64,000 nt of DNA from Syntrophales bacterium. Its GTDB lineage: Bacteria > Desulfobacterota > Syntrophia > Syntrophales > PHBD01. The stretch is taken from the NCBI GenBank assembly GCA_963668175.1, contig OY764159.1, positions 1,152,001 through 1,216,000 of the forward strand, read 5' to 3'. How positions within the stretch are numbered: position 1 is the first letter of the stretch; each line of letters starts with the position of its first letter. The notes below the pieces were generated by a model. It was not told the origin of the DNA. It did no database searches and saw only the letters and a list, made by a program, of their open reading frames with translations. The position numbers and the translations under genes are program-made. This document shows positions 45,142-55,414 of this stretch, in pieces.

Positions 45142-46146
45142 ATGTCTCAGGAAAAGCTTCAAACGCACTTGTTGCAGAAAGACAAAACAACAGAATCCTT
45201 CGTGAGGGATTTCTTCTTCGGCCAAAGCGGCATTGCCCGGGAAGGCCGTATAAGCCGCGCCGCGCTGTTATTCGATTCCCGGACCCAGGGATGGGTCGGT
45301 CTTCCCCATGGCGGTATCGGGATGGGGGCCATGGTGGAACTTGCCGAAACCCTTGACGCTTGCCCTGCCGACAGGGGCCTGCGCTATCCGATGTCTATAG
45401 AGTATCGCCTGGGCGGTTCGCCTGCCCGCATCGGCGACACGGCGATGGCAGAGGTCTCGGCGGGCGACGGCCATATCTCGGGCAAAATAACCATTGGTTC
45501 CGATCCGTCGCCTTACCTGACGGCCATGATCCGTTACGGAGCCCAGGACCAGGAGGGACAAGAGAATGTCCCACTCTTCCTGCCGAAGGATGCCTCGGGA
45601 TTGCTCAAAGACTGGGTGCGTCTGCCGCACTATAAATACTGCTTCGTTTGCGGCACCGAGCGGCAGCGCCCCGGCTTGAACCGCAGCTTTCACCTTCTCG
45701 GCTCTTCCCTTCCCGATAAGATTATCGTCTCTCCCATCGGTTTGGATGAAGGCGATCTCTATACCGTTTGCCGCTTTCAGGAGCGAGGCCTTATCCATCC
45801 GGTGGCTTTTCTGGCGCTTCTGGACGAAACGGTGGGCTGGGGCGGCTTCATGGCCTCCGGGAGCGGCGGGGTTACGGTCCGCATCCGGTTCACTTTTTAT
45901 CGCGATATCCGGGTCGGCGAACGCATTGTAATCTTCGGCCGCGGCGACCGGGTCAGGGGCAAGGCGCCGAGACTCCTCTTTTGGGGGTCCGGCGGGGCCA
46001 TGGCCGTCCACGACGACGGCCACCTGGAGACGGTAATCACTGTATCCGGGCAGTATCTCGGCGTAACGGAGCTTACCGAGCAGATGAAGGTGGAATTGCA
46101 GCCGGCGGATCTGACCCGGAAGGCCTTCGATATGGCCGGGTCGTGA
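45142..46146 (+). CDS. Tandem hotdog-fold thioesterase-like protein
   Basis: GWVGLPHGG; CFVCG...PGL; IHP...ALLDE. Confidence 0.7.
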   Translation: MSQEKLQTHLLQKDKTTESFVRDFFFGQSGIAREGRISRAALLFDSRTQGWVGLPHGGIGMGAMVELAETLDACPADRGLRYPMSIEYRLGGSPARIGDTAMAEVSAGDGHISGKITIGSDPSPYLTAMIRYGAQDQEGQENVPLFLPKDASGLLKDWVRLPHYKYCFVCGTERQRPGLNRSFHLLGSSLPDKIIVSPIGLDEGDLYTVCRFQERGLIHPVAFLALLDETVGWGGFMASGSGGVTVRIRFTFYRDIRVGERIVIFGRGDRVRGKAPRLLFWGSGGAMAVHDDGHLETVITVSGQYLGVTELTEQMKVELQPADLTRKAFDMAGS

Positions 46147-46194
46147 ATGTCGTGGCGGTTCTAGGCTTTCCCGGCTGCGGCATATTCGCTCGAC

Positions 46195-46953
46195 TCAGGA
46201 TGTTTCCGGTGTGCAGGCCTTCGTCAGCCTCAGGATATTGGCCCCTGCAATCTTTTCGTAGTCTCTCTCCGGGAGTTTCATGGAGGCGATTTTGCGAAGT
46301 TCCTGGCCCGGGCGGCCGAAAGGAAAGTCGCTGCCGAAAAGGAGCCGGTCGCTTCCATAGCGTTCAAGAAACATCTTGATCTCATACGTCGCCGCCAGCG
46401 CCGTGTCGGCAAAAACAGTCTCATCATCCCAAATACGGGCGTCGAAAAGGTCGTGGAATCCTCCGTTGAGCATGCCCATGTGGGGAATGATGACGGGAGT
46501 GCGGCCGGCCACCCGCTTGATGAAGCAGAGGGTGTTATCAAAGGACTCTTCGAGGACGACGGGCAGAGCCAGCCGGTAGGCTTCGTTCAGGTAGGCCTCG
46601 CAGAGGGGGTCGTCATAATGATAAACGGGTTCGTCTTCGTGACGGTGCCATTTGATACCCCTGAAACCGTCCTTCAGTTCGTCTTTGCGGAAATCGTTCC
46701 AGACGAAATGGTAGGCGAAGATGTCGTCCCGGGACTGCTGGATGTCCAGAAGATACTTGTTGGCCCTCCGGCGGCAGGCCGCCCAGAGGGGGGTGTCTTC
46801 GAAGCGGTAGTTATAGCGGTCGTATATGTCTTCCACGGGGGCGAAAAGGCAGGCACCGTCTATGCCGCCTTCGTCCAGGTATCCTTTCAGCAGGTTGTAG
46901 GGAAGCTCGCTGTTCTGAACGCCGCAGTGCATGTGGGAGTCGATAATTTTCAT
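46195..46953 (-). CDS. Amidohydrolase family protein
   Basis: IIDSHMH, GIKWH, IPHMG, LFGSDFPF. Confidence 0.9.
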   Translation of the reverse strand: MKIIDSHMHCGVQNSELPYNLLKGYLDEGGIDGACLFAPVEDIYDRYNYRFEDTPLWAACRRRANKYLLDIQQSRDDIFAYHFVWNDFRKDELKDGFRGIKWHRHEDEPVYHYDDPLCEAYLNEAYRLALPVVLEESFDNTLCFIKRVAGRTPVIIPHMGMLNGGFHDLFDARIWDDETVFADTALAATYEIKMFLERYGSDRLLFGSDFPFGRPGQELRKIASMKLPERDYEKIAGANILRLTKACTPETS

Positions 46954-47116
46954 GAGACCTCACGCTTTTCGCAAATCGATTAATCAATCCTTTCACGAAT
47001 ATCAAGATATATCGTCTAGATAGCACAAAATTTCAGGCACCGCTTTTCTTTTTGCACGCGTGATGAGTTTATGCTATAGGAACCTCCTTTCTTTGGAAAG
47101 TCTTTTTTTGATCGCT

Positions 47117-47193
47117 GCGCCCATAGCTCAGCTGGATAGAGTATCAGACTACGAATCTGAGGGTCCTTGGTTCGAATCCAAGTGGGCGTGCCA
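47117..47193 (+). tRNA. tRNA-Arg(ACG)
   Basis: GCGCCCATAGCTCAG...CAGACTACGAATCTG...GGTTCGAATCC...GGGCGTGCCA. Confidence 0.98.
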
Positions 47194-47200
47194 TAACCGA

Positions 47201-47232
47201 AAAAGGCCGGCATGATTTTGCCGGCTTTTTTT
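47201..47232 (+). terminator. Terminator after tRNA-Arg
   Basis: AAAAGGCCGGCA...TGCCGGCTTTTTTT. Confidence 0.8.
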
Positions 47233-47546
47233 CGTCGGTTCATAACCCGCTTCCATTCCAATGTTCTCTTATGGTTGTTTGACGTGCCTTTCCCGCGCTA
47301 TTCGTCCCCTTTTTTCTCCGTTCTCCAAGGGAGGCTTCCATTTTTTTTGTATCCAAGGAAAATTTTTTTATAAAAAAAGTCTATGGACAACAGTGTATAG
47401 ATTGTCAGTAGTATATAGTATATATATGCCTGAATCTGTTTTTAAAGGTATTTTTAAGGTCTATATAAGTATGTCAAATAAAGCGTAGAAGCTTGTTTGC
47501 GGGAATTTTATCAGGTGATGGAAAAATGTAAGTAAATATTAAGAAG

Positions 47547-47677
47547 TGTAAAGAAGAGTGACAGTGAGACGATGCCTCGAGGCATACCGGAAAGTCTTAA
47601 TTATTCCGTAGAATACGGTAGTAAGAGACGTGTTCTCGCGGTTACGCCGATTATTCGGGTTGTCGGATATTTTTACA
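47547..47677 (+). promoter_or_regulatory. Two TGT-N11-ACA enhancer-binding sites (47547-47563, 47661-47677)
   Basis: TGTAAAGAAGAGTGACA and TGTCGGATATTTTTACA, each with a TTTACA/TGTAAA half-site. Confidence 0.65.
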
Positions 47678-47740
47678 GCGTGAATGATAGCTGCGGGGCA
47701 GGCATAGGAGATTTGTTATTGAATTCGATATGTTTCAGGT

Positions 47741-47756
47741 TGGTATCAAATATGCA
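47741..47756 (+). promoter_or_regulatory. Sigma-54 promoter of the PEP-CTERM gene
   Basis: TGGTAT-CAAAT-ATGCA, GG-N10-GC. Confidence 0.7.
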
Positions 47757-47794
47757 ATTGCAGACGCATCAACTACAGTTCGAGGAGTGGGATA

Positions 47795-48421
47795 ATGAAA
47801 AAACTGTTTTGCGTTCTGGCGATTGTGGGTGTTTTGATGTTTTCGGTCCCGGCGATGGCCTTTTTCATCAATTTTGAAAACGGGACGGATGGAGCGGGCG
47901 TCATTGGTATCCCTGGCGTGACTTTTCAAAATTACGGCGGTTATCCTCCGATGTATGGAGACAGCCGTACGGGAGGCTACAACACAACTTCCGACGACTT
48001 GGGCTATGGTTCCGGTAACTATCATCACAACGGCAACTTCTTTATCTGGGCAGGGGAAGCGGCCGATGCAAGGGGCGTCAAGATCGATTTTACGAACAAT
48101 GACGGTACCTGGTTCAAAACGGGATATTCGTCTTTTAGTATCTTTGTCGTTGAAGCCTGGCTGACGGACGGCACCATGATCAGTGTAACAGGCGAGGCTA
48201 ATACGGATGGGCCCATGGGTTATCTCATGATTACTGCCCCTGATGGAAAGACCATCGATTACATTGTTCTGCACGATACGGGAAATTATTGGCTGGCCGA
48301 TAACATGAGCGGCGACGCTACGGGTGTTACTTACGGCGCAGTTCCCGAGCCCGCCACGATGTTGCTCTTGGGGTTTGGCCTGGCCGGTGTGGCAGTGGCA
48401 AGAAAGAAATTCCGCAAATAG
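47795..48421 (+). CDS. PEP-CTERM sorting domain protein
   Basis: Signal peptide; C-terminal VPEPATMLLLGFGLAGVAVARKKFRK. Confidence 0.95.
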   Translation: MKKLFCVLAIVGVLMFSVPAMAFFINFENGTDGAGVIGIPGVTFQNYGGYPPMYGDSRTGGYNTTSDDLGYGSGNYHHNGNFFIWAGEAADARGVKIDFTNNDGTWFKTGYSSFSIFVVEAWLTDGTMISVTGEANTDGPMGYLMITAPDGKTIDYIVLHDTGNYWLADNMSGDATGVTYGAVPEPATMLLLGFGLAGVAVARKKFRK

Positions 48422-48446
48422 TCTCTGTCTCCAAAAGGAAAAGCAA

Positions 48447-48477
48447 GGGAGGGCCATTGCAGGCCCTCCTTTTTTTT
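48447..48477 (+). terminator. Rho-independent terminator
   Basis: GGAGGGCC-ATTGCA-GGCCCTCC followed by a T run. Confidence 0.85.
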
Positions 48478-48964
48478 ATCCTGCAAACGCGATCAAGTCA
48501 TTAGAATAGCCTTTTGTGCGTGACGGTCGGCCGATGACGCCCGTAATAGTCTTTGGGCGCACCGGCAGGCGAGGCCCGTTTGCCGCTATCGTTTCATATC
48601 GCAATCGAACCGTTCGGTCACGACGGTATTTCCGGCGCACAGCTGGCGTCTCATCGATTTGCAGGGTGAGACGTTTGTCGCATCGCTGCCGAATGACGGC
48701 GACCTCTTGGCGCGCAACAATTTAAAATTCCAATAATAATCAGGGGTGATGTTTACCATCGGCCAATTATGCCAGGTATATGCTGGCATAATGACTGATA
48801 GCAAACGGCATTGCACTAGGCAAAGAAATGTTATACGAAGCAATGCAAGGAAGATAGCGAATACCATATCCGAACCGAAAAGCATCGGATTGGCAAGTAA
48901 TATCGAGTTATATAAGTAATTAATTATTGCTGAAATAATAAAAGATATTCCACGAGGGGGCATC

Positions 48965-49231
48965 ATGTGTTTGGCTGTTTGCAATAAGAAGTTAGGCGGT
49001 TGCGGTTATTTAGGTGACGATCAGGAGTGGGTGAGGCAAGGCGATCAATATCTCTGCCCGAACTGTCATAAAGACCGTATGTATTTCCTGTTCGACTATA
49101 ATGTCGAGGCCGTAGTTGAAGGATCGATATTGAAAAAAGCGAAGAACATGCTCGACGAATACTATGGGAAGCTCAACGGGAAATCGTATGATGCTGCCAT
49201 GGGCGCCGGAGCATCCCTCCATACCGTATAA
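48965..49231 (+). CDS. Small zinc-ribbon-like hypothetical protein
   Basis: C...GGCG...CPNC; RBS GAGGGGG. Confidence 0.6.
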   Translation: MCLAVCNKKLGGCGYLGDDQEWVRQGDQYLCPNCHKDRMYFLFDYNVEAVVEGSILKKAKNMLDEYYGKLNGKSYDAAMGAGASLHTV

Positions 49232-50131
49232 AGCTGTAAAAGGTGCGTATAGAGGCTTAACTCAGTCTATCAACGTTTTTTTACCGGCGCCGGCCCAAAA
49301 TCACCGAAGGGCCGGCGTCGTCTGTTCTGCACGGGAATCATTTGTTGTATGCCGTATTCGCATATCGACGGATACGGAACCTGCCGCTAGAATCACTCAT
49401 TCTATCTTGTTCCGATGAAATAACTCTTGCGGATAAATCGCTCGGCCGCGGTACGGCTCTCCGCTTATGTCTGCGTTCCTGCAGTTGCAGGCTCTTCTTG
49501 GATCAATCGCCGCACGTCTGGCATCGGACAAAATCCGGTGCGAATAAGGTTTCTCATCCTATGCCAGGAATATCGATTTTCGCAGGATAATATCAGACGG
49601 AGGCGGATTGCCCGGTGCCTGAAGCTATATTAGTATCCCTCGACCAAAGGTACCTGGGAAGAAGCAAGAGGAGGTGCCGCGACATGACGACGAATATGGG
49701 CATTGTCGGCGTGAAGATGAACGAAAAGGTCGAGTTCAATCCCCAGAAAGATCTCTTGGGGAAGGTTGACGGCTTTTCCTTAATCCCGCAGAATCGTTTG
49801 AAAGACAAAGGCCTGCGGCGGCGAATCCTTACAGCTATTTAACCGGTTATCGGCACAAGCATTTAAAGATTTGGGTCATGAAGCCTTATCCGTAGGTAGA
49901 AGTGGAAAGGGGGGCAGAATCATGAAAAAGACCAGAATCATAAAATATGCAAAGGCAAATAGCAGTAGAAAAACAAAGATAAACCAAGGCTGGGTTGACC
50001 CAACTTATACACCGAAGATTTTAACCAAGGGCTTTTAATAGCCCGCTAGTATCTTCCTTAGGAGTTGGAGGAGACAGTCAGCAGTTGTCGTTCGTTGTCG
50101 TCGCTTTTCTCGGAACTGTCTACTCCAGATG

Positions 50132-50171
50132 CATGAACGGGGCGCACGCCACGCCCCGTTTATGTTTTTTT
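50132..50171. terminator. Rho-independent terminator
   Basis: CATGAACGGGGCG...CGCCCCGTTTATG followed by T7. Confidence 0.75.
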
Positions 50172-50201
50172 AGCCCGCCGGCGGTAACTTCCCCGAATGT
50201 T

Positions 50202-50954
50202 CTAGGTATAAATCTTTTTGTCCTTTAATTTGTTCCAAGTATCTTCCGAGTACCATATATCGACGAACTCAAGAAGAGAATCCCGCTCCCTCATCCTGAT
50301 GTCCGCTGCAATGGGATTGCGGAGCAGAAGTTTGATGCTGCGAAACGGCGCATTATCCTTGGCGGCAAACTGCCGGGCGATATCATGCGCGTCTTTTTCC
50401 AGGCCGGCTTCGTTCGCAACCTGGTGCACCAGGCCGAGGCTGCAGGCCTCTTCGGCGGAGTACATCGCCCCGGTATAAACGGCCGTTTCCGCATTCTTCT
50501 GTCCCATCCATAACTTAATCATATCGACGCTGCCGGCGAAAAGCGATGAGCCGAAATTGATTTCGTTGAGGGATATTCTTGCCTTTCCGGAAACCATGAT
50601 CCGGTAGTCGCAGGCGATGGCGATCATGCAGCCGCCCGCGATCGTGTGGCCGTTCAACGCCGCAATGACCGGTTTGGGAAACAGAAAAAGATCACGATAA
50701 AAATCCGTAAATTTTGTCAAATAACGGAGAAAGGCCTCCCGGGCGTATCCCATGAATTCCGGTATATCGAAACCGAAAGTGAAGAATTTACCCGTTCCCG
50801 TCAAAATGACGGCCTTCGTTTCCCGGTCCTCCGCAATCTCCCGGAAACAGGCCGTCAACTCGTCGACGACCGATTCGTTCAGCGCGTTCACCTTTCCACG
50901 GCTAAGACGGACCGTCGTAATCCCTTCCGATCTTTCCGATATCAGATGCTGCAT
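50202..50954 (-). CDS. Enoyl-CoA hydratase/isomerase family protein
   Basis: KVNALN, GFDI, PKPVIAALNGHTIAGG, ACDYR. Confidence 0.93.
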   Translation of the reverse strand: MQHLISERSEGITTVRLSRGKVNALNESVVDELTACFREIAEDRETKAVILTGTGKFFTFGFDIPEFMGYAREAFLRYLTKFTDFYRDLFLFPKPVIAALNGHTIAGGCMIAIACDYRIMVSGKARISLNEINFGSSLFAGSVDMIKLWMGQKNAETAVYTGAMYSAEEACSLGLVHQVANEAGLEKDAHDIARQFAAKDNAPFRSIKLLLRNPIAADIRMRERDSLLEFVDIWYSEDTWNKLKDKKIYT

Positions 50955-51117
50955 GACTCCCCTCCTTTTTAAGGTATTGGCGTCCGGTATGCTACCAAAC
51001 CGGACGCCAAGACAGAGGGGACATTATATATTTCAGGATTGTTAAATCTTGGAAAGACGGGAACGGACGGCCCGCCTGGATCATCCCGGATGTTAACAAG
51101 CTTGATCGATGGGTGGG

Positions 51118-51798
51118 TTATTTCCCCGGGATGGGTTTCGAAGAAGCCCCGGCATTTTCCCTGTATGCCCCGGCAAAGGTGAGAACGCACATATGGCGGT
51201 AGGTTGGGTGTGTTCCGCAGGCGACGCCGATGACAACGAATTCGGGGTTCATGAGATTCGTTCGGTGTCCCCGGCCGGGAACGCCGTCGTCGACGATCAG
51301 GTTCATGACGACGGCCCGGGCTTCGTTGCTGCCGTATTCGATGTTTTCGCCGACGGACTTCACCCAGGTGCCGTAACGGTTCACCCTGTCGTCGGCGCCT
51401 TTCCCGTTGCGTCCGGCATGGCCTACGGCCCCGGATGACTCCTGCTCAGTCACGAGATCCCTGGCCCCCAGGGACATGCCTCGCGATACGGCTAGGGGGG
51501 GACTGCTCCGCGCCCGACCCAGATATCTGACCGCCTCGTCAAGGGCCGCTACGCCCTCTTTCGTAACGATGGGAATGCCGCCAGGCTTCTCCAATCTTTT
51601 TCCCTGGTAATAGATACGGTTCCGTTCGAGAATACGGCGGTAGTTTCCGGGATTGCCGCGGGCGAAGTTGATCTCTTCGACCACGGCCTGTTCCAGTGGG
51701 GAGAGAAAGGGGGCTTCCTTTGCATGGCCCGGCTGCATGTCTCCACCGGAAGGCAAAACATGTTGGACGGCCGACAACAGGAAAACCGCAATCAGCAT
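51118..51798 (-). CDS. CAP (SCP-like) domain protein
   Basis: EINFAR, GENIEYG, LIVDDGVPGRGHRTN; start position uncertain. Confidence 0.85.
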   Translation of the reverse strand: MLIAVFLLSAVQHVLPSGGDMQPGHAKEAPFLSPLEQAVVEEINFARGNPGNYRRILERNRIYYQGKRLEKPGGIPIVTKEGVAALDEAVRYLGRARSSPPLAVSRGMSLGARDLVTEQESSGAVGHAGRNGKGADDRVNRYGTWVKSVGENIEYGSNEARAVVMNLIVDDGVPGRGHRTNLMNPEFVVIGVACGTHPTYRHMCVLTFAGAYRENAGASSKPIPGK

Positions 51799-51856
51799 TG
51801 CCGTTACAAGGGGCGAAATATGCCGGTTCAGGGGGCCTCCGAATTAGTACAAACGG

Positions 51857-52078
51857 TTATTTCCGGTTGATAAGCCACAGGACGAGGGAGAGGACGATGC
51901 TGATGATGACGCTTGTCGCCAGGGGGAAATAGAAGGTGAAATTTTCTCCCTTGTATTGGATATCGCCCGGGAGACGGCCGAACCACGGGAACTTGCCGCC
52001 CAGGATCAGCAGCAACCCGATGACGGCGACCGCCAGGCCCACAAAGATCAGTATCCTGCCTATGGGGGATAGGTCCAT
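51857..52078 (-). CDS. DUF2905-like small membrane protein
   Basis: GRLPGDI...FYFPLATS between two TM helices. Confidence 0.85.
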   Translation of the reverse strand: MDLSPIGRILIFVGLAVAVIGLLLILGGKFPWFGRLPGDIQYKGENFTFYFPLATSVIISIVLSLVLWLINRK

Positions 52079-52161
52079 CGCGCCCCTAAGCCAAACCGGA
52101 AAAAGATATCCAGGTCAAAATGGTTTTAATGGTTTCAGTCTTATGAAACGGCCTGCCGGTA

Positions 52162-52569
52162 TCATGCGGTAACGTACACGCCTCTCTTCTGTTTGGTGAT
52201 TTGTCCCAGCTTCTGGGCCCTGTATATGACGCTCCGGACTTGCTGTTCGTCAAAGCCGGATTTTTTGACCAGGTCACCCGTGGTGATACCGTTGCTCTCT
52301 TTGATGAGTTCGATTAGTTTGATCGAAATATCTCCCCGCTTCACTTTCTTTCTTGCCGGTTTTACACCTTTGCCCGTTTTCGGAGATTTCCCGGCGGCCT
52401 TCTTTCCCGCTTTCAGTTTACGGGCGCCGGATCGCGCGGCCTTGCCGGCTTTCTCCTCCGCGAGCATTTTTTCGATAATCTTGAAATAGGTTTTTACAAA
52501 TTTCTCCGTCCCCTCGATTTCAATTTCCTTCGACTGCGGATTGATTCTGATTCTCGATCTTTCGGCCAT
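52162..52569 (-). CDS. Basic hypothetical protein with a Lys/Ala-rich linker and C-terminal winged helix
   Basis: RBS AAGGAGG; GITTGDLVKKSGF...VRSVIYR...KRGVY. Confidence 0.75.
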   Translation of the reverse strand: MAERSRIRINPQSKEIEIEGTEKFVKTYFKIIEKMLAEEKAGKAARSGARKLKAGKKAAGKSPKTGKGVKPARKKVKRGDISIKLIELIKESNGITTGDLVKKSGFDEQQVRSVIYRAQKLGQITKQKRGVYVTA

Positions 52570-52976
52570 TGTTCGCCTCCTTCAAGTGAATATCTGATAA
52601 CTTATATATAAATTATTATTTATGAAAAAGCAAATTATCTTCCCGCGGCAACGACAATCTTTTATATTAATGGATACATAGAGGGTGTTGTTTCCAATTG
52701 TTACATTTGCACAACTTCATATTTACAGTTTCAAAGGTGTATCCGCCTGTTTGTTGTTCTGCAAGATACAGAAATGATTTCGAACAGATAGCGATATAGA
52801 AGAAATGATCTCAGAATGAGTATTGAGAATTCAACAAGGAGGTTTTGTATAAATGCATTGCGGAAAGAAGCATGCATAAAAGAAAGGTGCAGCGGCCTTC
52901 GTTCCATAAAGGGACGGGGCCGCCGCCTGTTTCTTTTTCCGCCGATCAGAGAGAGACAACAGGACCGAGAGGCGCG

Positions 52977-55211
52977 TTACGCGCATTCGCTGTATCCGCA
53001 CAGGCGGCATACCATGCATCCGCCCTCATGTTCCACGATGCCGCCGCAGTCCGGGCAGGCGCCCCTAGCGAGGGCGACCTTTTCATGGATCGTTTCATAG
53101 CCGTTGGCCGCCATATGGGATTGGATGGCCTTGGCGACGGCGTCGGCGCAGGAGAGGATCTTGTTGTCGCCGAATCCGGACGGGGAATGGCAGGAGATGC
53201 CTTGCAACTGTTTGATAACCTGCTTGGCCTGGACGCCGCTGCGCCAGGCAAGGGAAACCATGCGTCCGATGGCTTCGCTCTGGGACGCGGCGCAGCCGCC
53301 CGCCTTGCCCATGGTCGTGAAAAGCTCGAATAGCCCCTGGGTATCCTGATTCACCGTGACGTAAAGGGGGCCGCAACCCGTCTGCATCTGGTACGTCCAG
53401 CCCTTCAAGACCTTGGGGCGCTCCCGCTTGATCACTTTTTTCTCTTTATCAGCCGTGAGCCTCGCGGGAGGGGCTTCCTTCTTGCCTTTGGAGAGGACCT
53501 GCTTGTCCCTGCTGCCGTCGCGATAGATAGTAACGCCTTTGCAGCCCAGTTGATAGGCCAGCCGGTAGACTTTTGTGACGTCGTCGACGGTAGCCCCGTT
53601 AGAGAAATTGACGGTCTTGCTGACGGCGTTGTCCGTGTATTTCTGGAAGGCTGCTTGCATCTTGATATGAACTTCCGGCGAGATGTCGTGTGCCGTCACG
53701 AAAATCTTCCGGACGTCTTCCGGAACGTCTTCCAGGTCTCGGACGGAACCGCGTTCGGCGATGAGTTGCATCAGCTCGGGGGTGTAGAAACCCCTTTCCT
53801 TGGCGATCCGTTCGAATAGGGGATGGACCTCCACCAGGATGTCGTTATCCATCACCTGGCGTACGTAAGACACGGCGAAGATCGGCTCCACGCCGGACGA
53901 GGCATTGGCGATGATGGATATCGTTCCCGTCGGGGCAATAGTGGTCACCGTGGCGTTCCGGATCGGGGGTTCGCTCTTCAGGTTGTAGGTGGACCCGCTG
54001 AAATTCGGGAAGGGACCCCGTATTTTCGCCAGTTCGCGGGATTGTTCGTGCCCGTTCTCCTGGATGAAGCGCATGACTTTCTGGGCCAGCTCAAGGGCCT
54101 CGTCCGAGTCGTAGGCGATATTCAACATGATCAGCATGTCGGCCCAACCCATGACGCCCAGGCCTATCTTCCGGTTGCTGCGGGTCATCTCCTCGATCTG
54201 CGGCAGCGGGTATTGATTCACTTCCACAACGTTGTCCAGGAAGCGAACGGCCAGCTGAACGACCTCTTTGAGCCTCGCCCAGTCGATCTGGTCCTTCTTC
54301 ACCATCTTCGCCAGGTTGATCGACCCGAGGTTGCAGGACTCGTAGGGCAGGAGAGGCTGTTCGCCGCAGGGGTTCGTCGATTCGATCTGGCCGACGTTGG
54401 GAGTCGGGTTGTCGCGGTTGAGGCGGTCCAGAAAAACAATCCCCGGCTCACCGTTTTCCCATGCCTGGGCGACGATCCTGTTGAAGACCTTTTGCGCGTT
54501 CAAGCCGCCGGTGACCTGCCCGTTTCGCGGATTGATAAGGTCGTAATTCTCGTCGTGCTCCACGGCGGCCATGAAGGCCTCCGTCAGGCCGACGGAGATA
54601 TTGAAATTGTTCAGCTGTTTGGTGTCGGCCTTGCACATGATGAAATCCATGATATCCGGGTGATCGACGCGCAGTATGCCCATGTTGGCTCCCCGCCGCG
54701 TTCCCCCCTGCTTGATGGTTTCCGTGGCGACATCGAAGACCCTCATAAAGGATATCGGCCCGCTGGAAATGCCCGCCGTGGTCAGAACCTGGTCGTTGGC
54801 GGGGCGCAGCCGGGAAAAGGAAAAGCCGGTGCCGCCGCCCGATTTGTGGATCAAGGCGGTATATTTGACGGCATCGAAAATCTCTTCCATGGAGTCGCCG
54901 ACGGGCAGGACGAAGCATGCGGAAAGCTGGCCCAGTTCCCGTCCCGCGTTCATCAGGGTCGGGGAATTGGGCAGGAACTCCAATCCCACCATCATACTGT
55001 AGAACTGTTCCGATAACTTGGCCGTGTCGGCCTGGGCATCGAATTTCCGGTCGGCCGCCGCGATGGCATCGGCGACCCGCTTGAACATATGGGCCGGCGT
55101 TTCCAGCACCTTGGCGTCCTTGTCCCGCTTCAGGTAGCGCCTTTCCAGGACGGTCATGGCATTTTTGGATAAGTGCAAAGTAGCAGGCATAGCGGAAACT
55201 CTGTTAGGCAT
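52977..55211 (-). CDS. nrdJ: Class II (B12-dependent) ribonucleotide reductase
   Basis: FLPNSPTLMNAG, QLSACFV, TNPCGEQPL, TIAPTGT, C-terminal TSCPD-like and Cys-rich tail; start could be 55189. Confidence 0.97.
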   Translation of the reverse strand: MPNRVSAMPATLHLSKNAMTVLERRYLKRDKDAKVLETPAHMFKRVADAIAAADRKFDAQADTAKLSEQFYSMMVGLEFLPNSPTLMNAGRELGQLSACFVLPVGDSMEEIFDAVKYTALIHKSGGGTGFSFSRLRPANDQVLTTAGISSGPISFMRVFDVATETIKQGGTRRGANMGILRVDHPDIMDFIMCKADTKQLNNFNISVGLTEAFMAAVEHDENYDLINPRNGQVTGGLNAQKVFNRIVAQAWENGEPGIVFLDRLNRDNPTPNVGQIESTNPCGEQPLLPYESCNLGSINLAKMVKKDQIDWARLKEVVQLAVRFLDNVVEVNQYPLPQIEEMTRSNRKIGLGVMGWADMLIMLNIAYDSDEALELAQKVMRFIQENGHEQSRELAKIRGPFPNFSGSTYNLKSEPPIRNATVTTIAPTGTISIIANASSGVEPIFAVSYVRQVMDNDILVEVHPLFERIAKERGFYTPELMQLIAERGSVRDLEDVPEDVRKIFVTAHDISPEVHIKMQAAFQKYTDNAVSKTVNFSNGATVDDVTKVYRLAYQLGCKGVTIYRDGSRDKQVLSKGKKEAPPARLTADKEKKVIKRERPKVLKGWTYQMQTGCGPLYVTVNQDTQGLFELFTTMGKAGGCAASQSEAIGRMVSLAWRSGVQAKQVIKQLQGISCHSPSGFGDNKILSCADAVAKAIQSHMAANGYETIHEKVALARGACPDCGGIVEHEGGCMVCRLCGYSECA

Positions 55212-55254
55212 TACAATGATCTCCTTGAAGATTCGATAAGATAACCAGAACTGG

Positions 55255-55301
55255 GTACTACATATAGTATAGGAAAGCTTTTTAAACGCAATATCTGGGA
55301 A
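55255..55301. promoter_or_regulatory. Tandem NrdR boxes overlapping the nrdJ promoter
   Basis: Cores CTACATATAG (55258) and CAATATCTGG (55289), 31 bp apart; minus-strand TTGACA adjacent. Confidence 0.8.
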
Positions 55302-55414
55302 ATGTCAACGGAAAAATGACCGATTTTTGCTGAGAAGGGATATCTGCCCGAAACGCTTTGTGTTTACGCGTGAAAGAAGAGAAAAATCCGCCGGCCGGAC
55401 GGGTCAGCTTCTGA

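Noticed and set aside
47194..50200. Integrative element or prophage at tRNA-Arg
   Set aside because: AT-rich and accessory-looking, but no integrase and no duplicated tRNA 3' end seen
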